The notes under the pieces: model-generated
What the model was told of the DNA's origin: nothing
The model's input: the letters and a program-made list of their open reading frames with translations, nothing else
Database searches by the model: none
Made by a program: the position numbers and the translations under genes
In this document: piece after piece, positions 39,439 to 59,299 of the stretch
How the letters are laid out: each line of letters begins with the position of its first letter
Position numbering within the stretch: the first letter of the stretch is position 1
Source: the human T2T-CHM13v2.0 reference genome, Homo sapiens
Strand: one strand, 5' to 3'
DNA length: 64,000 bases
NCBI RefSeq assembly: GCF_009914755.1
Contig: NC_060925.1

Positions 39439-41258
39439 AATCTAGAATCTAGAATATATTTAGAACTTCTATACATAGAAGACAAACAATCCAACAAAAA
39501 GATAGGCAGTCTTGGACAGACATTTTCTGAATGAAGATAATAGAGTGTGCTCAAATCACAGTTATCAGGAAATGCAAATTATACCAAAATAAACTGCTAT
39601 TTTACACTTATTATGATAGCCAAACTTAAAAAGATGCTAATACAAAATGTTAGGGGAAATGTAAAGCAACTGGAACTCTCATACACTACTGGTGTCAGGG
39701 TAAAACGATACAACTACTTTGGAGAACGGTTTGGCAGTATAAAGTGAAAAACACATCCATCTCTGACTCAGTAATTCTATTCCTAGTCATATAAAACAAG
39801 ATAAATGACAATGTATGTGCACAAAAGTACATATATACAAATGTTCATAGACGTCTTATTCATCAGAGCTTCAAATTGCAAATGTCTAGGAACTGAAGAA
39901 TGGATAAACTAGCATACAATGAAATGATATTTAGTTATAAAAAGAAACCTTTCAATGGTAGATGCTACAATGCAAATGAATCTCAAAATCATTGTGAATG
40001 ATAGAAGGCAGACACACAAGAGAGAGCATATTATATGATTCAATTTATATGAAGTTAGAAAGCAGTAAAAACAAATCTGTGGTGAGGGAAATCAGAGTAC
40101 TCATTTAGGGTGAGGGAAAATGGAATGGAGAGGAGTATCAGGAAACTTTCTAAGAGGTGAAAATGTTTTACAGCTTCTTTTAAGTGATGGCTACATGGAT
40201 ACAACCACTGTCAAAACTAATCGAACTGAACATTTAAGATCTATATATTTTAGTCCATATAAATTATATCTCAATTTAAAAATAAGATACCATTGAGAAG
40301 TTTATTATGCAGATTCTTCGGCCCCATGCCAGGTAGACTAAATTAGAATATTCAGACTAAATTAAATTCTGCAAACCACTACTAAAGATATTTGACACAA
40401 AGCAGGAATTCCGTTTAGGTAAATTTATATAGAAAGGGAAAGGGACTTTATTTTTCAGTAGACATGGAAAGTGACTTACCTTTTCACAAAGGTGGAGAAT
40501 AATAAGTAGCATCTGTTCATGATTATCTAACTCTTTCTGTCCCGTGGTAGAAAGGAGAATACATTCTGGGGAACTAAGGATCCATTTTCTTAAGGGAACA
40601 GGAATATGAATGAGTGGTGATTTTGTAGGACTGAAATGTTAAGAGGTATTAGACTTAGTGGCACTCTGGGTTAAATTTTGTGGGCTGGCCTAGGGACCTA
40701 ATCAACATTTATCCTAATTGCTAGTTTGAGACATTGTATTCTGAGTTCCCAGTAATTGACTTACAAATGAACTTGGGAAACACTGCTAGCTTATAAATTG
40801 AGGACAGTCTACAAAAAAAAAAAAAAAAAAAAAAAAAACGCAAAAAACTTTTTACATGACAATTGAGAGAGAAAGAAGAATGTGGTAAAGAATATAAATG
40901 TGGGAACTAAGATAAATTAATCTTTTGCAGTGTTTGTAAGGTAAATGTCATCAACAACAGTAACACTGTAGCCCCTGTACTGCTAATACTCCATAAACTA
41001 TCCTTGTGAGCTCTCTTTACCCCTTCAAGGAAGCAAAACATGAGCCTAGGTATTTTCGTTTTTACTCAGGATTGCAGCGAGCTGCTCAAACTCCCATATA
41101 ATTGCAATTTCATTCCATTCTCTTTTCAGATATGCAATGAGCAGCAGGTTACAGATAGAAAACTTGGGCCCAAGCTGTGAGCTCTAGGACTTGATGCACG
41201 AGTTTTCCCTCTAGGAGGAATTTTCAGTTTTGGGTTTCCCTTAAAGAATTTCACATAG

Positions 41259-41723
<465 letters not shown>

Positions 41724-41849
41724 CTATGAGCTCAGATACCTGGGAAATGACTCCAAAAACTAAAAGAGGTGTGCAAGGAAAGAAACTTCCAGGAATTTTC
41801 TTCCTTTGAAAGGATGTGATTTGACTGTGGTTGGCTATTTTTGTAAGTT

Positions 41850-42485
41850 TGTTCCCAGACTGAACCAAGGGTCAGGCTGCTTATTCTCTTGGTTCAGTAA
41901 TGAGATGCAGAGGAATGGGAAAGAAGAGAGTTTATTTCTGTAACCAGGTATAGGGAGAATATTGAGGAAATATTGCCAGACCAACTCAAAATTACAAAGT
42001 TTTCCAGTGCTGATATACCTTCTAAGCTATATGTCTACGTGTAAGTGTGCATTCACCTAAAGATATAAGTGATTAATTTCTTCTAATCTATAATTAAGGT
42101 CTGAGTCCTGGAGATCTTCCTCTGGAGCCTCAGTAAATTTACTTAATTTAGATGGGTCCAGGTGCTGGAGGTGATTACTCTTACCTTGTGTCCCACTAAG
42201 TTATAGACATCTGGGGAGTTCCTTTAGACCCTGCAATAAAACTTGTTTAAACCTAAATGGGTCCTTGTATGGGGAGTGTGAGCATTCCTTCCTTATCTTG
42301 TCATGCTCCAAGACCCAGAAAGGCCTGGGCAAGACTCTTAGTGGACCTTTATTGGTTGTTCCAGCCTATGTGTAAGGGTACTGGCTTTCTCAGCCTTTAA
42401 TATTTAACCTAACCATTTAGTCAGTGCTGAAACATTTGTTTCGGAGGCCTGCCTTTTCAGCTTTTGTGAGATCTGGCCTGCCAGA
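41850..42485 (-). mobile_element. MER39-like ERV1 solo LTR
   Basis: Reverse complement begins 'tctggcaggccagatctcac...aggcctcc...tttcagcactgact'; 4-bp TSD agtt on both sides. Confidence 0.8.
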
Positions 42486-42653
42486 AGTTCATTAACCCTC
42501 CAGGCCATTCTCCACACTCCTGCTAGATGATGCTTCAAGACACAGGTAAGACTACATGACCCCTCTGTCTAACTAGAAAACTTTGGCCCCAAGCCATGGG
42601 CACTCACTGGCTAAATACAGGCAGACTTCTTAGAGGTTAAGAGTGTGAGTTCT

Positions 42654-46410
<3,757 letters not shown>

Positions 46411-46575
46411 AAGAGGGTGAGCTCTAGGCTCAGGCACCAACACCACCACTTACTAGTTCTGTAACTTTTGTCATATTAACATCCTCAACCCCATGCCTTA
46501 ATTTTCTCTCTGTAAAATTGATTTAATGTTTTCTACAACAAAAGACTGTCATGAAGAATAAGAAAATGATGTGGA
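46411..46575 (+). mobile_element. MIR (5' stub at ~42630-42653, split by the L1MA)
   Basis: 'gttaagagtgtgagttct' joins 'aggctcag...ccacttactagttctgtaac...ctctgtaaaattg'. Confidence 0.65.
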
Positions 46576-46639
46576 AAGTATCGGAGTTTTTCAAAAGGTA
46601 GAAATCCTAAAAATTAACTCCTTAACACAGTCTTGACAC

Positions 46640-46915
46640 CCCTCCATTATTTGGCCCCACTTCCATCTTCAGTCCCATAAACTGCACCCTAGGTTCCAGC
46701 CTACAGAGCTACAAATAGTTACTGAATATTTAAGGTTGCTTCAGAACTCTAAGTCTCAATTCATGCTTTCTTCCCTTCATGTCTTTCCTGAACCCTATGC
46801 ACACATTTTATTAGAGCATCTACTTTATTGCTCTCATTCATTTACTTCTCTGCCCATCTGTAATAGATTGTGAGCTCCGCAGGAACAGAGGCTCTGCCTG
46901 AGTTGTCTTAGTCCA
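46640..46915 (+). mobile_element. L2 fragment
   Basis: 'tagattgtgagctccgcaggaacagaggctctgcc'. Confidence 0.55.
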
Positions 46916-46985
46916 GGCTCAGAGGCAGTATAATTTATTAGCGGCAGTAGGGGAAGTTAGGGTAGCAGTGGTAGTATTAATAATA

Positions 46986-47040
46986 CAGTCATTCCTCAGT
47001 ATTGGTGGGTAATTGATTTCAGGACTCCTTGAAGGATAAC
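46986..47040 (+). mobile_element. MER2 DNA transposon, piece 1 (5' TIR)
   Basis: ta|cagtcattcctcagtattggtgggtaattgatttcaggactcc matches MER2 start. Confidence 0.8.
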
Positions 47041-48493
47041 GACATCGATGATATCATGGCAGACAGAAGGCAGGACTACATTGCATCTCTGGATAGAGCA
47101 GCATGTGGTGGCTCGCATTGTGAATTTGAGCTCCAGATCGACTGCAAGAACAAACTAGCAATCCTGAGAGGACCCACAGACCCTCTGAAGGAAGTGAATT
47201 GCTCCTGCAGGACCTGAGAGACACCTCAAATACTATGAATGTTGCAACTGTGGAAGTGGGAAAGGGAGAACCTCCTCTCCTGAACACACACCCCCACTGG
47301 AGAAACTGAAGGTCTGTTTGTGGGATAAGTTTCTGACCTTACCTGGAGCTGAGTCAATTTAGAGAGCCGAGTAAAATAACAGGGGTAGAGGAAGCAGCAG
47401 AAGTGCCCTGGAAGCTCGCTGGTTCCCCAAGCAGCCCATTCCAGCCTGGTACCACAAGGATCCATCAGGAGGGTGGCCAGAGGAACAGGGGATAAAATGC
47501 CATAGGGAGAAGGAAATCTCTAGCTGAACTTTATAACAATTTGAATGAGGTGAGAAGCCTCCTGGCCAGAACTTGGGGGAGGGTGCAAATCCAGTGTGCA
47601 GACTCCACAGGCTGGGGAAAAGCCAAGCCCTTTCCTTTTGCAGCTGGGAGGTGGACATCCTGGGACAAGTTTTCAAGCCCATCTCACCCACCACCTGGAA
47701 ACAGGCTCAGGGCTGTCAGGGGAGGACACGGTGGGAATGAGACTGGCCCTTGGGTTTGCTTGGGAGCTGGGTGAGGCCCATGACTGCCAGCTTTCCCCAC
47801 TTCCCTGATAACCTGCTTGACTCAGTAGAGGCAGCCATAATCCTCCTAGGTACACAACTCCAGTGACCTGGGAATCTCACCTCCATCTCCCGACAGCAGC
47901 CAAAGCAAAATCCACCCAAGGAGAGTCTGAACTCAGACAGCCAAACACTGCCCCCACCTGATGGTCCTTCCTTACCCACCCTGGTAGCTGAAGACAAAGG
48001 GCATATAATCTTGGGAGTTCTAGGGCCCTGACCACCACCAGTTCCTCTCCATAATACCACAGCTGATGCTCTCCGGAAAGTGCCACCTCCTGGCAGGAGG
48101 CCAACCAGCATAAAAATAGAGCATTAAGCCACCAAAGCTGAAAACCTTCATGGAATCCATTGCACCCCTGCCCCCGCCACCTCCACTGGAACTCATGGTG
48201 ATATCCATAGCTGAGAGACCCATACACGGTACACCACAGAACTCTGTACAGACAACCCCCAGTACCAGCCCGGAGCCAGGTAGACTCGCTGGGTGGCTAG
48301 ACCCAAGAAGACAGACAACAATCACAGCAGTTCAGCTCACAGGAATCCACATCCTTAGGAAAAGGGTGAGAGTACTACATCAAGGGAACACCCCATGGGA
48401 CAATAGAACCTGGACAACAGCCTTCAGCTCTAGACCTTCCCTCTGACAGAGCCCACCCAAATCAGAAGGAACCAGAAAACCAACCCTAGTAAT

Positions 48494-49458
48494 ATGACAA
48501 AATAAGGCTCTTTAACACCCCCCAAAAATCATACTAGTTCACCAGCAATGGATGCAAACCAAGAAGAAATACCTGATTTACCTGAAAAACAATTCAGGAG
48601 GTTAGTTATTAAGCTAATCAGGGAGGCACCAGAGAAAGGCAAAACCCAATGCAAGGAAACCCAAAAAACAATACAAGAAGTGAAGGGAGAAATATTCAAG
48701 GAAATAGATAGCTTAAAGAAAAAACAATAAAAAATTCAAGAAACTTTGCACACTTTTAGACGTGAACTGCTTTGGAAAGTCTCAGCAATAGAATTGAACT
48801 AGTAGAAGAAAGAAATTCAGAGCTCAAAGACAAAGTCTTTGAATGAACCCAATCCAACAAAGACAAAGCAAAAAGAATAAGAAAATATGAACAAAGCCTC
48901 CGAGAAGTCTGGGATTATGTTAAATGACCAAACCTAAGAATAATTGGTGTTCCTGAGGAAGAAGAGAATTCTAAAAACTTGGAAAACATATTTTGGGGAA
49001 TAACTGAGGAAAACTTCTCTGGCCTTGCTAGAGACGTAGACATCCAAATACAAGAAGCACAAAGAGCACCTAGGAAATTCATCTCAAAAAGATCATTGCC
49101 TAGGCACATTGTCATCAGGTTATCCAAAGTTAAGATGAAGGAAAGAATCTTAAGAGCTGTGAGACAGAAGCACCAGGTAACCTATAAAGGAAAATTGATC
49201 AGATTAACAGCAGACTTCTCAGCAGAAACCCTACAAGCTAGAAGGGATTGGGGCCCTATCTTCAGCCTCCTCAAACAAAACAATTTTCAGCCAAGAATTT
49301 GGTACCCAGCAAAACTAAGCATCATATATGAAGGAAAGATACAGTCTTTTTCAGACAAACGAATGCTGAGAGAATTTGCCATTACCAAGCCACCACTACA
49401 AGAACTGCTAAAAGGAGCTCTACATCTTGAAACAAATCCTGGGGACACTTCAAAATAG
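48494..49458 (+). pseudogene. ORF1: L1PB ORF1p remnant (disrupted)
   Basis: ORFs 48548-48730 and 48979-49458 ('PRHIVIRLSKVKMKERILRAVRQKHQVTYKGKLIRLTADFSAETLQARRDW'). Confidence 0.9.
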
Positions 49459-50481
49459 AACCTCTTTAAAGCATAAATCACACAGGACCTATAAAAAAAA
49501 ATAAGTTAAAAAGCAAAAACCAAAAACAAAAAATCCAAAGTACACAGGCAACAAAGACCATGATGAATGCAATGGTACCTCACATTTCAAGACTAACATT
49601 GAATGTAAATGGCCTTAATCCTCCATTTAAAAGATACAGAACTGCATAATAGATAAGAACTCACCAGAAAACTATCTGCTTCCTTCGGGAGACTGATGTA
49701 ACACATAAGGACTCACATAAACTTAAAGCAAAGGGGTAGAAAAGGCATTTCATGCAAGTGGACACCAAAAGCCAACAGGGGTAGTTATTCTTATATCAGA
49801 CAAAACAAACTTTAAAACAACAGCAGTTAAAAGAGACAAAGAGGGACGTTATATAATGGTAAAAGGCCTTGTGGAACAGGAAAATATCACAATCCTAAAC
49901 ATATATGCACCTAACACTGGAACTCCCAAATTTAAAAAACAATTACTACTAGACCTAAGAAGTGAGATAGACAGCAGCACAACAATAGCGGGGGACTTCA
50001 TTACTCCACTGACAGCACTAGACAGGTCATCAAGACAGAAGGTCAACAAAGAAACAATGGATTTAAACTATACCTTGGAACAAATGGACTTAACAGATAT
50101 TTACAGAACATTTCATTCAATAGCCACATAATATGTGTTATATTAAGTACCCTGAACAGCCCAATAACAAGCAGCGAGATTTAAATGGTAATTTTTTTTT
50201 GGCTTGGTCATCCCCAGAGGATGCAGTTGTTTTTATTTATTTTTTATTTATGTATTTTTAAATTTTATTTTATTTTTATTATACTTTAAGTTTTAGGGTA
50301 CATGTGCACAATGTGCAGGTTAGTTACATATGTATACATGTGCCATGCTGGTGTGCTGCACCCATTAACTCGTCATTTAGCATTAGGTATATCTCCTAAA
50401 GCTATCCCTCCCCCCTCCCCCGACGCACAACAGTCCCCAGAGTGTGATGTTCCCCTTCCTGTGTCCATTTGTTCTCATTGT

Positions 50482-54309
<3,828 letters not shown>

Positions 54310-54372
54310 TATGACGTTAGCTGGTTATTTTGCTCGTTAGTTGATGCAGTTTCTTCCTAGCCTCGATGGTCT

Positions 54373-55388
54373 TTACATTTTGGCATGATTTTGCAGTGGC
54401 TGGTATCGGTTGTTCCTTTCCATGTTTAGTGCTTCCTTCAGGAGCTCTTTTAGGGCAGGCCTGGTGGTGACAAAATCTCTCAGCATTTGCTTGTCTGTAA
54501 AGTATTTTATTTCTCCTTCACTTATGAAGCTTAGTTTGGCTGGATATGAAATTCTGCGTTGAAAATTCTTTTCTTTAAGAATGTTGAATATTGGCCCCCA
54601 CTCTCTTCTGCCTTGTAGAGTTTCTGCCAAGAGATCCGCTGTTAGTCTGATGGGCTTCCCTTTGTGGTAACCCGACCTTTCTCTCTGCCTGCCCTTAACA
54701 TGTTTTCCTTCAGTTCAGCTTTGGTGAATCTGACAATTATGTGTCTTGGAGTTGCTCTTCTCGAGGAGTATCTTTGTGGCATTCTCTGTATTTCCTGAAT
54801 CTGAATGTTGGCCTGCCTTACTAGATTGGGGAAGTTCTCCTGGATAATATCCTGCAGAGTGTTTTCCAACTTGGTTCCATTCTCCCTGTCACTTTCAGAT
54901 ACACCAATCAGACATAGATTTGGTCTTTTCACATAGTCCCATATTTCTTGGAGGCTTTGTTTGTTTCTTTTTATTCTTTTTTCTCTAAACTTCCCTTCTC
55001 GCTTCATTTCATTCATTTCATCTTCCATCACTGATACCCTTTCTTCCAGTTGATCGCATCGGCTCCTGAGGTTTCTGCATTCTTCACGTAGTTCTCGAGC
55101 CTTGGCTTTCAGCTCCATCAGCTCCTTTAAGCACTTCTCTGTATTGGTTATTCTAGTTATACATTCGTCTAAATTTTTTTCAAAGTTTTCAACTTCTTTG
55201 CCTTTGGTTTGAATTTCCTCCTGTAGCTCGGAGTAGTTTGATCGTCTGAAGCCTTCTTCTCTCAACTCGTCAAAGTCATTCTCCATCCAGCTTTTTTCCA
55301 TTGCTGGTGAGGATCTGCGTTCCTTTGGAGGAGGAGAGGCGCTCTGCTTTTTAGAGTTTCCAGTTTTTCTGCTCTGTTTTTTCCCCAT
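54373..55388 (-). pseudogene. ORF1: L1 ORF1p, frameshifted
   Basis: MGKKQSRKTGNSK start; 1-nt deletion near 54665 splits it into 248-aa and C-terminal pieces ending NHAKM. Confidence 0.96.
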
Positions 55389-55971
55389 CTTTGTGGTTTT
55401 ATCTACTTTTGGTCTTTGATGATGGTGATGTACAGATGGGTTTTTGGTGTGGATGTCCTTTCTGTTTGTTAGTTTTCCTTCTAACAGACAGGACCCTCAG
55501 CTGCAGGTCTGTTGGAGTTTGCTAGAGGTCCACTCCAGACGCTGTTTGCCTGGGTACCAGCAGCGGTGGCTGCAGAACAGTGGGCTTTCATGAACCGCGA
55601 ATGCTGCTGTCTGATCATTCCTCTGGAAGTTTTGTCTCAGAGGAGTACCCGGCCGTGGGAGGTGTCAGTCTTCCCCTACTGGGGGGTGCCTCCCAATTAG
55701 ACTGCTCGGGGGTCAAGGGTCAGGGACCCACATGAGGAGGCAGTCTGCCTGTTCTCAGATCTCCAGCTGCATGCTGGGAGACCCACTGCTCTCTTCAAAG
55801 CTGTCAGACAGGGACATTTAAGTCTGCAGAGGTTACTGCTGTCTTTTTGTTTGTCTGTGCCCTGCCCCCAAAGGTGGAGCCTACAGAGGCAGGCAGGCCT
55901 CCTTGAGCTGTGGTGGGCTCCACCCAGTTCGAGCTTCCTGGCTGCTTTGTTTACCTAAGCAAGCCTGGGCA

Positions 55972-56046
55972 ATGGCGGGTGCCCCTCCCCCAGCCTCGCT
56001 GCCGCCTTGCAGTTTGATCTCAGACTGCTGTGCTAGTAATCAGTGA
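55972..56046 (+). pseudogene. L1 ORF0 (antisense 5' UTR ORF), truncated after 24 codons
   Basis: MAGAPPPASLPPCSLISDCCASNQ then TGA, from CGA>TGA CpG decay. Confidence 0.85.
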
Positions 56047-59000
56047 GACTCCGTGGGTGTAGGACCCTCCGAGCCAGGTGTGGGATATAATCTCCTGGTG
56101 CGCTGTTTTTTAAGCCCGTTGGAAAAGCGCAGTATTAGGGTGGGAGTCACCTGATTTTCCAGGTGCCGTCTGTCACCCCTTTCTTTGACTAGGAAAGGGA
56201 ACTCCCTGACCCCTTGTGCTTCCCGAGTGAGGCAATGCCTCGCCCTGCTTTGGCTCGCGCATGGTGCGCTGCACCCACTGTCCTGCGCCCACTCTCTGGC
56301 ACTCCCTAGTGAGATGAACCCGGTACCTCAGATGGAAACTGCAGAGATCACCCGTCTTCTGTGTCGCTCACGCTAGGAGCTGTAGACCGGAGCTGTTCCT
56401 TTTTGGCCATCTTGGCTCGAAATGGTAATTAAAAAATTACCAAAAAAAAAAAAAAAAAAGGCCAGGACCAGATGGATTCACAGCAGAATTCTACCAGACA
56501 TTCAAATAATTGGTACCAATCTTTTTGACACTATTCCACAAGATAGAAAAAGAAGGAACCCTCCCTAATTCATTCTATGAAGCCAGCATCACCCTAATAC
56601 CAAAACCAGGAAAGGGCATAACCAGAAAAGAAAACTACAGACCGATATCCTTGATGAACATAGATGCTAAAATCCTTAACAAAATACTAGCTAACTAAAT
56701 CCAGCAACATATCAAAAAGATAATCCACCATGATCAAGTGAGTTTCATACCAGGGATGCAGGGATGATTTAACGTACACAAGTCAATAAATGTGATACAT
56801 CACATAACCAGAATTAAAAACAAAAATCACATGATCATCTCAATAGATGCAGAAAAAGCATTTGACAAAATCTAGCATCGCTTTATGATTAAAACTCTCA
56901 GCAAAACTGGCATACAAGGGACATATCTTAATGTAATAAAAGCCACCTATAACGAACCCTTAGCCAACATCATACTGAATCGGGAAAAGTTGAAAGCATT
57001 CCCTCTGAGAACTGGAACAGATAAGGATGCCTGCTCTTACCACTTGTCTTCAACTTAGTACTTGAAGTCCTAGCCAGAGCAATCAGATAAGAGAAAGAAA
57101 TAAAGGACATCCAAATTGGTAAAAAGGAAGTCACACTGTCACTGTTTGCTGATGATATGATTGTTTACCTCGAAAACCCTAAGGACTCCTCCAGAAAGCT
57201 CCTAGAACTGATAAAAGAATTCAGCAAAGTTTCCAGATACAAGAGTAATGTACACAAATCAGTAGCTCTTCTACACACCAACAATGACCAAGCAGAAAAG
57301 CAAATCAAGAACTGAACCCCCTTTACAATAGCTGCAAAAAAAAAAAACCCAAAAAAAAAAACTTAGGAATATACCTAACCAAGGAGTTGAAAGACCTCTA
57401 CAAGGAAAACTACAAAACAGTGCTGAAAGAAAACATGGATGACACAAACAAATGGAAACCCATCCCATGCTCATGGATGGGTAGAATCAATATTGTGAAA
57501 ATGACTGTACTACCAAAAGCAATCTACAAATTCAATGCAATTCCCAGCAAAATACCACCATCATTCTTCACCAATTGGAAAAAAAATCCTAAAATTCATG
57601 TGGAACCAAAAAAGAGCCCACATAACCAAAGCAAGACTAAGCAAAAAGAACAAATCTGGAGGCATCAACTACCTGATTTCAAACTATACTATAAAGCCAT
57701 AGTCACCAAAACAGTATGTTACTGGTATAAAATTAGGCACATAGACCAATGGAACAGAATAGAGAGCCCAGAAATAAACCCAAATACATACAGCCAACTG
57801 ATCTTTGACAAAGCAAACAAAAACATAAAGTGGGGAAAGGACACCTTTTTCAACAAATGATGCTGGGATAATTGGCTAACCACATATAGGAGAATGAAAC
57901 TGGATCCTCATCTCTCACCTTAAAAAAAATCAACTCAAGATGAATTAATAACTTAAACCTAAGACCTGAAACTATAAAAACCCTAGAAGATAACATTGGA
58001 AAAACCCTCCTAGTCCTTGGCTTAGGCAAGGATTTAATGACCAAGAACCCAAAATCAAATGCAGTTAAAACAAAGATAAATAACTGGGACCTAATCAAAC
58101 TAAAGAGTTTTGCATGGCAAAAGAAACAGTGAGCAGAGTAAATAGGTAACCCACAGAGTGGGAGAAAATCTTTATAATCTATACATCTGACAAAGGACTA
58201 ATATCCAGAATCTGCAATGAACTCAAACAAATCAGTAACAAAAAACCAATCCCATCAAAAAGCGGGCTAAGGACACGAACAGACAATTCTCAAAAGAAGA
58301 TGTACAAATGGCCAACAAACACATGAAAAAATGCTCAACATCACTAATGATCAGGGAAATGCAAATCAAAACCACAATGTGATACCACCTAACTCCTGCA
58401 ACATTGGCCATAATAAAAAAATCAAAAAACAGTATATGTTGGCACGAATGTGGTGATCAGGGAACACTTCTGTACTGCTGGTGGGAATGTAAACTAGTAC
58501 AGCCACCATGGAAAACAGTGTGGAGATTCCTTAAAAACTAACAATAGAACTACCATTTCATCCAGCAATCCCACTACTGGGTATCTACCCAGAGGAAAAG
58601 AAGTCATTATTTGAAAAAGATACTCGCACACACATGTTTATAGTAGTGCAATTCACAATTGCAAAATCCTGGAACCAACTCAAATGCCCATCCATCAATA
58701 AGTAGATAAAGAAACTGTTGTATATTTGTATGACGGAATATTTCTCAGCCATAAAAAGGAATTAATTAATAGCATTTGCAATGACCTGGATGAGATTGGG
58801 GACTATTATTTTAAGTGAAGTAACTCAGGAATGGAAAAACAAACATTGTATGTTCTCATTGATATGTGGGAGCTAAGCTATGAGGAGGCAAATGCGTAAG
58901 AATGATTCAGTGGACTTTGGGGACTTGGGGAGAAGAGGGGAGAGGGGAAAAGGATAAAACACTACAAATATGGTGCAGTGTATACTGCTCTGGTGATGGG

Positions 59001-59099
59001 TGCACCAAAATCTCACAAATCACCACTAAAGAACTTACTCATGTAACCAAATACCATCTGTACCCCAATAACTTATGAAAACAAAAAAACAAACCATAA

Positions 59100-59299
59100 A
59101 ACAAAATTGACAGATGCTCAAGTCACTGTTATAAAAAATTTGCATATAACCTATGTATATCCTCTTGCCTACTTTAAATTATTTCTAGATTACTTATACC
59201 TAACATAATGTAAATGACATGTAAATAGTTGTTATACTGTATCGTTTGGGGAAAAATGACAAGAAAAAATGTCTGTACATGTTTACTACAAAGACTTTT
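59100..59299 (+). mobile_element. MER2, piece 2 (middle)
   Basis: 'gatgctcaagtc...tttgcatataaccta...tactttaaattatttctagattacttata...aatgacaagaaaaaatgtctgtacatgtt'. Confidence 0.9.

Noticed and set aside
40813-40838. Orphan A26 tract as a truncated retro-insertion
   Set aside because: No TSD or element body visible; more simply an expanded mononucleotide run
47029-48446. Cluster of overlapping ORFs in a GC-richer region
   Set aside because: L1PB 5' UTR; ORF density reflects base composition
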